A DNA stretch of 63,982 nt, counting the filler, from Circinaria calcarea (lineage: Eukaryota): the NCBI GenBank assembly GCA_051942165.1. It is 7 parts of 7 records of this genome, joined end to end, with 100 filler letters (N's around TTAATTAATTAA, not from the genome) between each part and the next. Parts side by side here need not be neighbours in the genome. Positions count along the whole stretch, not along the records: positions 9,212 to 18,312 come from JAVECS010000983.1; positions 18,413 to 27,510 come from JAVECS010000984.1; 5 more parts are not named here. One strand, given 5' to 3'. Under the pieces are notes generated by a model, which did not search any database, was not told where the DNA came from, and saw only the letters and a program-made list of their open reading frames with translations. Positions 10,696 to 22,458 of the stretch are shown piece after piece. Numbering within the stretch: position 1 is the stretch's first letter; every line of letters starts with the position of its first letter. The translations under genes and the position numbers were made by a program.

Positions 10696-13600
10696 TTAAT
10701 CTACAGAATCCACCTCTTCGAACCCTTCCTCACCAACTGGAATCCTCTTTCGAAGCCAGCTTAAGATCTCCTCGGTTCCCTTCTCCACCACTCCCCATCC
10801 AGGAACTCGAAATCTATTCCCACCAACTACCAACGTCTTCAAGTCACCCTGCAAAAGGGCTAACTGGGGAGGTAGGTAGCCAACGTCGTTGCTGCTCACA
10901 TCAAGAACCTGCAGACCGCGGACACTGTGTACGTCAATGTTGGTGATTGCGTTATTGGATGCGAGTAGTTTCGTAAGGGAAGGGAAAGATCTGCGTAGGC
11001 AAGGGAAACTAGTCAGACGGTTGAACGAGACGTTTAGAGTTCTGAGGTTTGGAGCTGTCAGATACTCCAATAAGGGAGATAATGTGATGAGGTTATTGGA
11101 AGTTAGGCTAAAGGTCTGAAGACTTGGAAGATCAAGGCGGTCGGTAAGGTATGGGTTATTCTGACCTAATTTGTTGTAGCTAATATCGAGTGTGGTAAGA
11201 GATCTTGCGAGGTCCGCAATTGCTAGTGGAATATGCTGAAGGACATTGTGTTTGAGGAGAAACGTCTTCACTCCAACGTCCACCACGCCCGCCAAATCCT
11301 GACGATCGAGGGAACGTAGTTTGGTATCAGACCGATCAAGGACACCAGCCTTGACTGACCAAATATCTGACTGCTCAACCACACAATCAGACCCCGGAGA
11401 CTTCGTAGCTACGGGAGAATGACTGCCCGGCGAGGCTGACGGCTCGAGCATAGCCGAACGACTCCGAAGCTCCAACTTGAGGTCTTCTGTATTCAAACTC
11501 AACAATCTGCGTTCCTTGATCGGATTTCTATCAATACGTAGAACTCTTAAGTTGGCCATCAAACCAATATAATCTCCAAGTACCGAAATGCTATTGCCAC
11601 TGACATCAATAATTCCTAGGTTGGGTAGATATGATAGTCCCTCAGGCATGCTGGTTAGCTGATTCTGACTCGCAATGAGGCTTGAAAGCTGTCTACAGCA
11701 CTTCATATCAGGTAGAGCCATCAGTCTGTTGTTCGAGAGATTGATTGATTGTAGACATGGTAGCTCCACTTCCCGGTCCGAAAAGGAGGTCAGGGCGTTC
11801 TCTCCAGCCTCTAAAACGCGAAGCGTGGGAAAATGCGAGACGGAGGATGGTAATAAGGTGGCACCCAATCTGTTCTTAGAAACGTCCACCTCAAACAAAG
11901 GAAGTGCGGCCAATTCCGAGAAAGGAATCGAAGAGAGTTTGTTGTCTGATACGTTCAGTACCCTAAGTCTAGACAATTTTTCGACCCCCTCTGGGAGGCT
12001 GCTAATAGCGTTGTTGTGAACATCTAGAATCTCTAGTGCAGTCAAATCACATAAATCACTAGGAAGCGCCCCGTGCAGAGCGTTTTCCGCGAGTCGAAGC
12101 TCTCTCAGCGTCTTCACCCCACCGACGATCCCCAGGACAGCATTGGTGATTTTATTTCTGGAGAGATTAAGAATTGTCAAGCGATCCAATTTTCTCAATC
12201 CAGTGGGTAGACTTGCTAAGCAATTACCATGTAAATCGATTGTCTCTAAGCTTGCGAAAACCAGGTTGGGACCTTCTTCTTCAACCTCGTCTTTTGCCTC
12301 TGGTATGATATCCGGGAAGGCTTCCTCGTCCAGCACCGTTATCTCGTTGTCTGCTGCATTCAGTCGTACAATATCAACACATTCGTACCAAGCAACGCCG
12401 CCAGTATTTGCTGTACCGGATTTGTACATGTGTACCACTTCCTTAGGAAGCTCACTTAGACCAAGTGCGGCGATGTTGAGGCGCCCATCAGTTTTTGCCG
12501 TGTTGATGCGTTTTCGAAGGACATTATCAGTGCGGGTCTCAGATAAATCAAATGTAAAGGGATCAATGTCCTGAGGACCGGTGGTTGCGTGGCTCTCGGC
12601 AACTGACCTTGGTACATCTGATACACTTGAAGCACCTGCTGCCGCTGCTCGACGGGCCGCTTTTGCGGCTGCAATGGTTTTTCGAAGGGCGATCGAAGAC
12701 GCAGACGGGCCACATATATCGAGTTCTTCACCCCGAGCGACATCCACGGACTCAGTCCTGCTAGCGTCTCGAGAAGAGTCTTCTAAATTGTCTGGCTTTT
12801 CCAAGATGTGCTCATCTCCTTCGTCTATATAGATAGATTTAAGCATCTGGGCCTTCCCTTTGGTATTTCCCTTCGTCTCGACGCCTCCCGAATCCTTGAA
12901 CAGATCTTTGGTAGACGGTCGTGTACGCGAATTCCTCAGGGCATAGGTCTTGCTACCATTCAAGGGTTTCCGAGCGGAGGAATTAGAGGGTATTGCCGGT
13001 AGATTCGGCTGTTTCAAGTCTGATGGCGTCGTTCTTGGAACGTAAGAGCTGACAGCCCTTTTACTGGGTGTTTTGGTACTAGATGGGGTACCATTCTGTA
13101 TAGCGGCCACTAGCCGCTTGGATGATGATGTTGGTCTACCACTTGTCGGCAATGGAGGAGCTGACGTTTCTACTCTGGAGACGGGACGGGATTGAGTCAT
13201 AGCGGAGGCAGGTCGTGTAGGTGGCCTCATTGGACTTTCCACACTGTGAAACCCTGACTTTCTCCTATATGGGGATGGCGATAGAGGGATCTGTGATAGA
13301 GTTTCGATTGTACGGTCAGAGAGTGAAGCTCTTGGTTTGCGTAAGGACTTAGTCTCTCTTGTAGGCAAAGGGACATTACTGGCGGATATCTCTAGGGGAT
13401 TTTCGAATGACTCAGTCGATGCTGACTCGTCCCTTTTAGGAGTAATCGACGGTAACGCATGTCGATCTGAGCTAGTTCGAGGTTCTGTAGGGAATACCTC
13501 ATCACCGTATGATTCTGATGTTTGTCTTGCTAGAGGAGCCGACGCATGTAGACTTGATTCTGACGGTTTCTGCTGCGGCGCCTTGGATCGCGGTCTGTAG

Positions 13601-13743
13601 GTATTGGATCCATTGCTTTTCTTCACAGGTACGACTGACAAGGGCTCACTTGGGATCGGATCTCGAGCTGCGCGAGGGACAGGTAGCCTAGAAAAACGAG
13701 GAATACCTGAAGCCCTGGAGATCGGGCCTGCAGATTGATCCAT
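10696..13743 (-). CDS. Leucine-rich repeat protein (LRRC40-like) with Ser/Pro-rich N-terminus
   Basis: Single long ORF with many LxxLxLxxNxL repeats; likely ATG at 13743 (MDQSAG). Confidence 0.88.
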   Translation of the reverse strand: MDQSAGPISRASGIPRFSRLPVPRAARDPIPSEPLSVVPVKKSNGSNTYRPRSKAPQQKPSESSLHASAPLARQTSESYGDEVFPTEPRTSSDRHALPSITPKRDESASTESFENPLEISASNVPLPTRETKSLRKPRASLSDRTIETLSQIPLSPSPYRRKSGFHSVESPMRPPTRPASAMTQSRPVSRVETSAPPLPTSGRPTSSSKRLVAAIQNGTPSSTKTPSKRAVSSYVPRTTPSDLKQPNLPAIPSNSSARKPLNGSKTYALRNSRTRPSTKDLFKDSGGVETKGNTKGKAQMLKSIYIDEGDEHILEKPDNLEDSSRDASRTESVDVARGEELDICGPSASSIALRKTIAAAKAARRAAAAGASSVSDVPRSVAESHATTGPQDIDPFTFDLSETRTDNVLRKRINTAKTDGRLNIAALGLSELPKEVVHMYKSGTANTGGVAWYECVDIVRLNAADNEITVLDEEAFPDIIPEAKDEVEEEGPNLVFASLETIDLHGNCLASLPTGLRKLDRLTILNLSRNKITNAVLGIVGGVKTLRELRLAENALHGALPSDLCDLTALEILDVHNNAISSLPEGVEKLSRLRVLNVSDNKLSSIPFSELAALPLFEVDVSKNRLGATLLPSSVSHFPTLRVLEAGENALTSFSDREVELPCLQSINLSNNRLMALPDMKCCRQLSSLIASQNQLTSMPEGLSYLPNLGIIDVSGNSISVLGDYIGLMANLRVLRIDRNPIKERRLLSLNTEDLKLELRSRSAMLEPSASPGSHSPVATKSPGSDCVVEQSDIWSVKAGVLDRSDTKLRSLDRQDLAGVVDVGVKTFLLKHNVLQHIPLAIADLARSLTTLDISYNKLGQNNPYLTDRLDLPSLQTFSLTSNNLITLSPLLEYLTAPNLRTLNVSFNRLTSFPCLRRSFPSLTKLLASNNAITNIDVHSVRGLQVLDVSSNDVGYLPPQLALLQGDLKTLVVGGNRFRVPGWGVVEKGTEEILSWLRKRIPVGEEGFEEVDSVD

Positions 13744-14544
13744 GCTCCAACAACTTTCACATAATACAATACTTGATACTCCGTTAAAGGAATACAAAAA
13801 CAACAAGGTACGTTGCACTTGAGAATGATGTGTGACTCTGGCGTCCTTGTCTTCACCAGCGCCTCTATTACACGACGATTTCTACAATTTTGAAGCTGTC
13901 GTGACAACAAAGCAATGGACGGGCCATGATTTCGCCGGGGGATTCCCCGGTCGCTCATCGTACGCTCGTGCGCACCGGGCCGATATGGAATAGTCGCTGT
14001 ACCATAGTAGATGAATGACAGCTGCTGTATCTATGAGGGAAGGTACCGCCAGAGCCTACTCTGTAGCTTCTTACTACCTCTATACCAAGCCTTCACATCG
14101 TGCTTCCATAACATTGAATACGATTCAGGACTCGAAGACTTGTAGGGTTGGATGAAATCACGAGACGTACTCCGTAAATTCCTGCATAAAGGGGTCACAC
14201 ACCCGCTCGGCGGGCATATCCCCAGCCTCGCCTTATTGCTTGCTTGCATATGTCCCAACCTCCGCCGCCCCTCCATTACTTTGTACCACCCACCGCTGGT
14301 TGCTCTCTCAGTCACTGTCGTTTAGACAGTCAACTGTATTTCCTTCTAAAATCTAAAGATACCGGCCAGACTCGCGACTCGAGGTCTTGGTGTGCGCGTG
14401 ATTCTGAAACCATCAAGTCTAAACGTGGCTTATCCAAATATCCCTTAAGGTACTCCGCATCTTCCAAATTATCAATTGTCTCTGGACCAGTTCTAATGCG
14501 CCGGTCTCTACACAGTCCCCCTTCTGAAGAGATTGCACCTGTTC

Positions 14545-16041
14545 ATGGCCCATGTCTCCGTCCCTCGAACGCCCACACCTCAGATGTCTCGTGAGCATTC
14601 TGCGACCACTTCAGAGTCCAAAATGGAGCCAGTGCACGACTTCCAAAGCCGCAATCCCACAATCACACCACCGCCAATCATGAATTTGACTCCTCCACCG
14701 TCATCCCAGGTGCCGAAATCATCTGGCCATTTCGCCCAACTGGACAAACCCAAGCCCGAACAGAGATTCCTGGCATCACCGCCTGCAACATTGAAAACCT
14801 TGGCATCTACATATCACGGCAAGGCCGCAAACAGTCTCCCAACAGCAGAGGAGGTCATGGAAATGCAAGAGCCGCAGCTGCGAGACCTCGCTTTGAATCT
14901 TTTACCCGCGCTGGGTGAGGCTCGAATGAGCTTTGCTCACGCAAAGCTTCAACATAGCTTGTTGAGTATAGAGACTGCAGAGGCAGCGCAACGCGCTGCA
15001 GTAGAGCATGACATGACGCGCCGAGAAGTTGAAGTTCTGCAAATGGGGAGTCCAATTCTCCGAAACCGTGCCCCGACCTGGACGGATCCAAGATCTCCCC
15101 AGATAACGGCATCCCAGCTAGAGCTTACCTTGAAGCACTCTCATCAGCTTCAAGTAGATAATGTTAGATTAGAGCGGAGGTTGAAACAGGCAAAACGACT
15201 TATCAAGCACCTCGATGGAAAGAACATGGAATTGGCAGAGGATAACCATTTGCTAAGGCAGCGGATCAAGCAAAATCGCGATCATATCGAAGCAATGCAA
15301 TCGTCCGGAGTTCTTTCCGCCCGTACCACCGTTCAGCCCGCCCATCATACATCCTCCCATCGACCCGCAGTAAAAGCTAACGGTGTTGCTCGGGTTGGCG
15401 CTCAAGACCCTTTCGACGCCCTACTATTCGCAGGTCAGGTCCTAAATGGCGAGACCACTAGCGTACCCTCTACCCCTACTCAGACTCGAGCCATGAAGTT
15501 CTCTACGAGCCATACCCGCGGAACCCACTCTCTGTCTTCATTGCCACTGACGCCCAATCGCTCGAGACCAATGACGGCGGATAATGTATTACTTACCCCT
15601 ACTAACCGAGCAATCCAAGCTTCCCACCTAAGCTTCTCGGCTCCTACGGCTCCACTTACGTTTCAGAAGGTCAGCCGTCGCCGTGAAGATCGTGATAGCA
15701 CAATCTCTGCATCTGATAACGAAGAAGCCTTCACTGATGACGACGTTCCTGCGTCCCAGGCGAGTCGAGCTGCCACCGGCATGCTTCGGAAATTCTCGGA
15801 GCAGACGCAACGCGACAATCCAGCTTCTGCTGTAGTATCACAAGAAGCGATGCGAGCGTCAAGTAAGGTTTCAGGGAAATTGGCCAAGTCAAGATTTAAG
15901 AGGTCCGAGCATCAGGGGCTGGGAGATGGTGATTCTAGGGTTTCGAGCGACGACGTAAGAGTCAGCAAGAAGCCAAAGCTAGGGGAACCTATGAACGAGC
16001 GGTTAGGATTGGGTATTGGTATGTGGCCAAGTCCAAGCTGA
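14545..16041 (+). CDS. Fungal hypothetical protein with coiled coil
   Basis: About 500-aa ORF with LTPPPSSQ and EARMSFAHAKLQHSLL, a heptad-rich middle and DALLFAGQVL; function not assignable. Confidence 0.75.
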   Translation: MAHVSVPRTPTPQMSREHSATTSESKMEPVHDFQSRNPTITPPPIMNLTPPPSSQVPKSSGHFAQLDKPKPEQRFLASPPATLKTLASTYHGKAANSLPTAEEVMEMQEPQLRDLALNLLPALGEARMSFAHAKLQHSLLSIETAEAAQRAAVEHDMTRREVEVLQMGSPILRNRAPTWTDPRSPQITASQLELTLKHSHQLQVDNVRLERRLKQAKRLIKHLDGKNMELAEDNHLLRQRIKQNRDHIEAMQSSGVLSARTTVQPAHHTSSHRPAVKANGVARVGAQDPFDALLFAGQVLNGETTSVPSTPTQTRAMKFSTSHTRGTHSLSSLPLTPNRSRPMTADNVLLTPTNRAIQASHLSFSAPTAPLTFQKVSRRREDRDSTISASDNEEAFTDDDVPASQASRAATGMLRKFSEQTQRDNPASAVVSQEAMRASSKVSGKLAKSRFKRSEHQGLGDGDSRVSSDDVRVSKKPKLGEPMNERLGLGIGMWPSPS

Positions 16042-16670
16042 TGGAAGATGAAGATCACGATCGAGGAATGAGGTCTCTGCTATTGAAACGACTCTGATAA
16101 GATGCATGGATGTTCTTGATATGCTGCTGTGGGCTTTGCAGCAAGGGTGTAATTAGCCGCCGTGCTTACAGTAGATAGATAGCCTCGTTGATAGTTTGTA
16201 TTTCTGGCGGTTGTGGGCGCGGGGTCGTTCCGCCTCATTTTGTCTGATGAAGCTGCCGACTCTACTGGAGACACGCCGGTGCAAGTGGACACAGCACTTA
16301 AAATAGAAAATTGTTCATCAGCTCTTGGGCAATCTAATTTGCCTTGATCGTCATGTGAAAAGTGTTGGGGATGGCTTTCTAGTCAGGAAAGCTCACGGCG
16401 TCCGACAAGTGTTTGACTCTTGTGGATCTCTACTCATCGAGGGCTTTTATCTTGTAGTGCCCAACACTATACAGAGTACTACTCGTGCCATTAACATTAT
16501 AGCCCTAACATTTCCAAGGCGCCGAATGAGGTCTAAGCGAAAATCCAAGTTCTCGGCCCGCACATTATGGTAGACTTCCTAAGCGAATTTCGAGAAATCG
16601 AACGTCGAGCACAAATCACCAGAGGCACGATCTCACGACAGAATCATTGGATTGATCGCCATCCGACACA

Positions 16671-17626
16671 ATGGTACGAATATCTCCAATCATAACAAAG
16701 GGCCCTCAAAAACAGCGTTGGTAGTGATGAAAGCATAGGACCTTCAGCTAATCCGTTGGGACACCGCAGACGATCAAGCACAACCAGCAGATTCAGCACA
16801 ACCGTAAGCTGTTTTACCAGTCTCTCTGATATCAACAGCTGCTGATTCTTCAAAGATTTCCGAAAGGATTGGCAGCGTCTCGTTCGATGCCACTTTGACC
16901 AGGTAAACTCAGCTCTTCTTTTGACGGAGCGGATTTTCTCACCTGTACGGACAAATGGGGTATTGGAGGCTAATGTGGAGGAGAACAGCCTGGTCGCAAA
17001 CTGCGTCGTCGCAATGCTCGTCTCACAAAAGCAGCAGCTGTTGCACCACGCCCAGTAGACAAGCTCCGCCCAGTGGTCCGATGTCCCACCATCAAATACA
17101 ACCGTCGCGTTAGAGCCGGCCGTGGTTTCTCACTTACTGAGCTAAAGGTATGTACAAACTGATCCAGTTTATACCATACCGGTCAAAGCCTAATACTCGT
17201 ATAATGTAGGAAGCTGGAATCCCTCGCAAACTCGCCCCTACCATAGGCATCTCCGTCGACCCCCGCCGCGTCAACCTCTCGAATGAATCCCTCGTGGCCA
17301 ACGTCGAGCGTCTAAAGGCCTACCAAGCCCGCCTCATCCTCTTCCCGCGTCGTGTCGGCCAGCACAAGAAACAGGACTCCTCCAAGGAAGAAATCAGCGC
17401 GCACGAGGAGGACGGCAAGATTACCCGCAAGATCCACTCCGTGTTGCCGATTGTCAACGAGGCGAGGGAGAAGGCGATCGGGGAGGTCAAGAGGAGCGAG
17501 ATGGGAGAGGGGACCGCGGATGCTTATCGCAAGTTGAGGGATGCGAGGAGCGAGGCGAGGTTGGTAGGTGTGAGGGAGAAGAGGGCCAAAGCCAAGGCGG
17601 ACGAGGCTTCTGCCGCGAAGAAATAG
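16671..17626 (+). CDS. RPL13: 60S ribosomal protein L13 (eL13), 5 exons
   Basis: Spliced protein [36 protein letters not shown]...[29 protein letters not shown]...; the first exon is only the ATG. Confidence 0.96.
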
Positions 17627-18312
17627 AGTGGAGCGGGGACGATGTAGGCTTTGTTGGTAGGGAACACAGTGGCTTAAATGCTGCTTGAAATGTGCGATGC
17701 ACGAATGGTAGTTTGCGCTGCAAAGCAAATTTATGCTGCCGGAATCCTTCAATTAATGCATGCCCCCAAAATTATCAATACACACAGTGACTTTCGACTC
17801 TGAAGTATCGTGAAACCAGACAGACCCCCATTTCGGTTCGCCCTTTCCTACATGTTGGGCATCTAACGAGTTTCTGAGACCCCCTTTCCTTTGCCTTTTT
17901 CAGAAGCCTACGCTATTCCCCTCTTCTCTCCTCTCTATCCCTCCCCTCTTCTCCCCTCCCTTTTACCCTTTAACCCCTCAAAACCAATCAAAATCTCCCT
18001 CTTTCGGCGAATGATTTCGGTAGGTTGGAAAATAGGAAAAAAAAAGGAAAAGAAAAGGAAGCTGGGATAGAAATCGAAGGTTCGAAGGGTCGAAGGGTTT
18101 CTTGGAAAGTAATTAATAGCCAACAGCAATTGGAAATGGGAATGGAAATGAGAAAGGTGGAAGGTGGATGCGATGCGATGGTTATAGGGGATGGTTATAG
18201 GGGATGGAAATGGGGGAATGAAAATGGGGATCATGGGGTAATAGAGGAGAGCAGGTAGGGGGCTTATGGGGATGAGCAAAAATCCACACCATAATTCCCC
18301 ACTCCCCGGGTG

Positions 18313-18412
18313 NNNNNNNNNNNNNNNNNNNNNNNNNNNNNNNNNNNNNNNNNNNNTTAATTAATTAANNNNNNNNNNNNNNNNNNNNNNNNNNNNNNNN
18401 NNNNNNNNNNNN
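18313..18412. other. Artificial contig linker
   Basis: Same N44-TTAATTAATTAA-N44 structure. Confidence 0.98.
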
Positions 18413-18413
18413 C

Positions 18414-19466
18414 TGCCCATGCGCTATAGGGTTAGCAGTGCCCATGGTAGCTGTTATTGCTGGTGGTGTTGGCGCGAGACATGGTGTGGTCTTCAAATCT
18501 GCCGAAACGATCGAGATAGCACGAAAGGTATCCCACGTTGTCTTCGACAAGACCGGCACTCTTTCTCGGGGGGAATTGTCTGTCTCGGCCGAGGAGTACT
18601 TATCTAAATCAAGCTCATCTGCAGCATCTCTCGCTCTGGGACTCACAATCAATAGCAAACACCCCGTCTCTACCGCTGTGGCAGCCAATTTGCAGGCACG
18701 AGGTACTCAGCCGGCTCCCGTCGAGGACGTGAAATCTGTGACTGGGAGTGGCATGGAAGGCGCTTGGAATGGTGCAAGCGTCCGTGGGGGAAATTCCCGC
18801 TGGCTGGCTGTTCAGACCGTACCACAAGTTGCTTCATTACTCTCGCAAGGTTGCACGGTCTTCTGTGTAACGCTGGGCGAAGAGCTGCTCGCTGTTTACG
18901 GCCTGGATGATCCCCTGCGGCCTGACGCCAAATCTGTCGTTTCCGAGCTCCAGAAGCGTGGCATAGCCGTCTCTCTGGTCAGTGGCGATGACGACGGCGC
19001 AGTTCAAAAGGTTGGATGTGAACTCGGAATTCCCAGTCCCCAAGTCAGGTCTAGGTGTTCCCCTGGAGACAAGCAGAAGTATATCAAAGCCATCATGGAT
19101 CACAAAAGCAAAATCGTGCTGTTCTGTGGAGACGGTACCAACGACGCCGTGGCCCTCGCTCAAGCTAGTATTGGCCTTCATATGAACAGCGGGACCGATG
19201 TCGCCCAGAGTGCTGCTGACGCTGTTCTTGTCAGGCCCGCGCTCACCGGGATTCTTGTCCTGGTCGATCTTTCTCGAGCGGCATTCCGTCGAATAGTCTT
19301 CAATTTCTCCTGGTCGTTTGTCTACAACATCTTTGCGATCTTGCTCGCTGCTGGAGCCTTTGTCAATGCACGTATTCCTCCGCAGTATGCTGGCCTGGGT
19401 GAACTTGTCAGCGTCTTGCCAGTGATTTTGATCGGACTGCAGCTAAGATGGTTCAAGAGACGCTAA
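18414..19466 (+). CDS. Heavy-metal P1B-type ATPase, C-terminal part (Pca1/PcaA-like), 5' truncated
   Basis: CPCAIGLAVP, DKTGT, HP, GDGTND, TM7 YN and TM8 GELVSV motifs. Confidence 0.92.
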   Translation, partial: CPCAIGLAVPMVAVIAGGVGARHGVVFKSAETIEIARKVSHVVFDKTGTLSRGELSVSAEEYLSKSSSSAASLALGLTINSKHPVSTAVAANLQARGTQPAPVEDVKSVTGSGMEGAWNGASVRGGNSRWLAVQTVPQVASLLSQGCTVFCVTLGEELLAVYGLDDPLRPDAKSVVSELQKRGIAVSLVSGDDDGAVQKVGCELGIPSPQVRSRCSPGDKQKYIKAIMDHKSKIVLFCGDGTNDAVALAQASIGLHMNSGTDVAQSAADAVLVRPALTGILVLVDLSRAAFRRIVFNFSWSFVYNIFAILLAAGAFVNARIPPQYAGLGELVSVLPVILIGLQLRWFKRR

Positions 19467-19785
19467 TCACCGGATATGACTTCTAATATTGAAAATGGAG
19501 ACGCGCCTTCTCTCTACTGTACATATTGTTCTGTACTTGAAATGGGCTGCTGTAGTAGCGTTACTTTAGAAAGCTTAAAGGTCAGCAGCTTTGGCTCCGC
19601 TCGTCGAGCCTCCGCTATCTACCCAACAATCGTGCCTCACTGCTCAAGTCCACATTCTGCTCTCGATCGTGGGCAGCTCAGGAATGGCTTCTATCATGCC
19701 GGATCGTGCATTTCACAAGAGATCAGCTGGTTTGGCAGTGTAGCACGCCTTCCTAATGTGAGGATGGCAGTAAATCTGTAAAGGT

Positions 19786-20844
19786 CTAAAATAATGGTAA
19801 GAAATATAACGTTGTTATCCAAGCACACCATATCTGCAAAGAGATTTTATCCGCTTTAACCCCTCTGTGCAAAATCACTTTAATGCTCAGTAATCCACCA
19901 ATCAATACCGGGGGGACATAGCCCAGGATAGCCACTTGCCAAAAGGCAGGACAGATCACCGACCAAGGTACAACAATTACAGCGATGGACCACCTCGCAA
20001 TTGTTTCACCGTGAACGAGAGGAATCGTTTTTCGGCCGCGTAATCGGTCTCCCTCCATGTCAGCAAGGTCTTGTGTGTGCACCGTGGAAGAAATGACAGC
20101 GCTTAGAACAGCTATCCAAATGTAGGCTCGTTGATTCAAGGTATGGCTACCATATCCTGCGGCAACAATGGTTGCACCAACGCTAAAGCAAGTCAGGCCG
20201 CATGCGTTGAGGATGTTTCGTACGACGTAGTTCTCGTTCGCACCGTCCAGGTCGTTATACATGTATGAGAAGATCATCAACGCAACCGAGGCCGATGTTC
20301 CACCGAGGTACAAATCGGTTATATAGATCAAAGGAATAATCCAGAGTAAAAGGCGTCGAGCCTCAGCGGGTGTCAGCCTTTGACTTGGTAAAGCTCGCCA
20401 AGGTTTGTTCACTGAGTCTTCGATGATTGAGCTGGCCAGACGTTGATTGGCAATGACTTCCATAAGTAGGTTGAACCAGATCCAAAACAGAAGTTGGGGA
20501 AGACGAGCGATGATCGGTAAAATGCTTGGACTTGCGTTTGTGGTCAATCGACTACCGGACAGTGCGCTACATACGCCAAATGCGATCTGTGGACCCACGA
20601 CCGTTTTTAGATCGCTTCGGGTGAAGAGCCATAACGTGTATAGATGGAAACGCAAAGACCTTTTCTTCGACATAGTTAGCCATTGACTGTAACAAGCCTT
20701 TCTTTTCAAAGTCCCATGCGTGCAGTGCCCGGGCTTCTGACCGCGAGAAAAACTTACTTTGGGCATGCTTTCAGCTATTGGGTCTGACGTTCTGAGGTTA
20801 AGGGCCGAAAAGAAAGCCGGATTTATTCCATCAGTGTTAAGCAT
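19786..20844 (-). CDS. UbiA-family membrane protein, Fma-TC-like terpene cyclase
   Basis: Intronless multi-TM ORF with LWLFTRSDLKT, NQ...EDSVNKPWR, YNDL.G and HTQDLADMEGDRLRGRKTIP; alternative start at 20673. Confidence 0.82.
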   Translation of the reverse strand: MLNTDGINPAFFSALNLRTSDPIAESMPKVSFSRGQKPGHCTHGTLKRKACYSQWLTMSKKRSLRFHLYTLWLFTRSDLKTVVGPQIAFGVCSALSGSRLTTNASPSILPIIARLPQLLFWIWFNLLMEVIANQRLASSIIEDSVNKPWRALPSQRLTPAEARRLLLWIIPLIYITDLYLGGTSASVALMIFSYMYNDLDGANENYVVRNILNACGLTCFSVGATIVAAGYGSHTLNQRAYIWIAVLSAVISSTVHTQDLADMEGDRLRGRKTIPLVHGETIARWSIAVIVVPWSVICPAFWQVAILGYVPPVLIGGLLSIKVILHRGVKADKISLQIWCAWITTLYFLPLF

Positions 20845-21776
20845 TTTCCACGTCTTCTTGATAGTTCACTATATCTGAGACGAGGTCAAAGAGTAGTCGG
20901 CCGAGGATGCTAGGTTAGAACCTAGGTGAGACGAAGAGGAAGGCCATTTTCTGTTCCCAGGTATATAACAAGCTCAAAGCCTGTTTGATACGCCCTCATC
21001 ACAGCTCTTCAGCCGCTGAAAAGTGGTGACAATTTCAGCCTGATGCAGCCTCATGAGTATGTCTGATGGATAACCTAACACATAGAATATAAGAGACTAA
21101 TCAAACACCTGACTTAACGGCTGCTGAGTTCAAGGGATGTATCGTTCAGTTTGAACCGAAGGGCGGGGAAGATAAGCAGCCGACCAATTGCCTACCTACA
21201 CATCGCCTTTATTCTAGAGGCCTTGCAGTTACTCGGTTCTATTACTCGTTTTGTCCCCCGTCAAGAAGATCGTGATACAATGGTGTGAGACCATGGGGTT
21301 GAGAAGAGCACGGCGATGCATGCCTTACTTACCAAGGATGTAGCTAGCACCAGTGCCGCCTTTATGACTACCTAGGTAGATCTATTGATGCCATGGTTCA
21401 TGTTGTCAAGGAACAAAGTCAAACAGGACATTGGTCAACACCGGCTGCGAGGGGGCCGTTGCGCTGAAAGAGCAGGCTAGAATGATTTCCGCGCCGAAAA
21501 CCCCCACGAATTACATCCGGATAATTGTAAGCTAGCTAAGCCAAAAGAAAAAAAAGAATATGGGTGGTGTGGGAGCACAATCAATATGCAGTGAAAAAGT
21601 GATGTACAAGCCAAGAGGGGAGATAAAGGCGGGTGCAAAGTCCCTGGAAAGGCTAGCCTTTAACCTACAGTTTCTTTATGGGAAAATTGGCATGGGTTGT
21701 GGCACTTCCTACCATAGGCCCACAGCTCGCCACTAGCCTTGGCCCGAACAAAACATGATACTCCGGAGTAATCATA

Positions 21777-22194
21777 ACCAAGGCGTCCAATAGTGCAGCC
21801 GGTGCAGTGCGGAGCCCTTTCACTGTACTGACATTGCGCACTGACAGTACAGCTAATCTCGCTAAGCAGGCGTAATAGCCCCAGTCATCCGCCATTAAAG
21901 CTCCGGCAGGGTATTGGCTGACATCCTTATGAGGCTGTATATAGGGCTGCCCAGGTAGTTTGAGTCATGTATTACCTACGGTAATACAGGTCTATGCTCA
22001 ACACTTCCTCGACACACCATAAAAGCACCTTTTTCGCTGTATGCTAGTCTAGATAGACACACCCCTCAGATAGCAATACATAAATGCTACCATACATGCT
22101 GCTCCCCCACTGCATTGCACCGGTAGTACGGGCTTGGCAGTTCACACTGCACCGTGGACTGCTAAGCACCGGCTGCACTATCGGACGCCTTGGC
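21777..22194. mobile_element. MITE-like element, 418 bp, TA-flanked
   Basis: 28-bp TIRs CCAAGGCGTCCAATAGTGCAGCCGGTGC (21778-21805) and GCACCGGCTGCACTATCGGACGCCTTGG (22166-22193), one mismatch; TA at 21775-21776 and 22195-22196. Confidence 0.8.
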
Positions 22195-22458
22195 TACAGC
22201 TTTCCACAACCCCTCTCCAATGCACCCAAACGGCGTGATTACCAGCAAGGTCGTGAGCCGAATGATTCGATCATGCCCGTGCCATATCGAGGCGCACCTT
22301 AAGACTTTATGTATGCACCCCTCAAAAACGAAGCTCACTACCAGATTGGTCCAACTCGGCCGTTGTCTTTTAAGCTCTTAACTGTCCGCTCGATAAGTAA
22401 AAAAAGGGTTAATCAACCCCTTGATCGCTCTTCGGCTCCTTTAATATCCAAGTTAATC

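Noticed and set aside
10889..13691. Many plus-strand ORFs overlapping the LRR gene (likewise opposite CAND1, STE23 and pro1)
   Set aside because: Antisense shadows of real coding sequence
16674..16769. Possible C/D snoRNA in RPL13 intron 1 (GTGATGA)
   Set aside because: No downstream CTGA D box within the intron and too little room
17885..18312. Purine/pyrimidine-skewed, G-run-rich tract and its ORFs
   Set aside because: Low-complexity contig-end sequence, as also at 27190-27510; the ORFs are compositional artefacts
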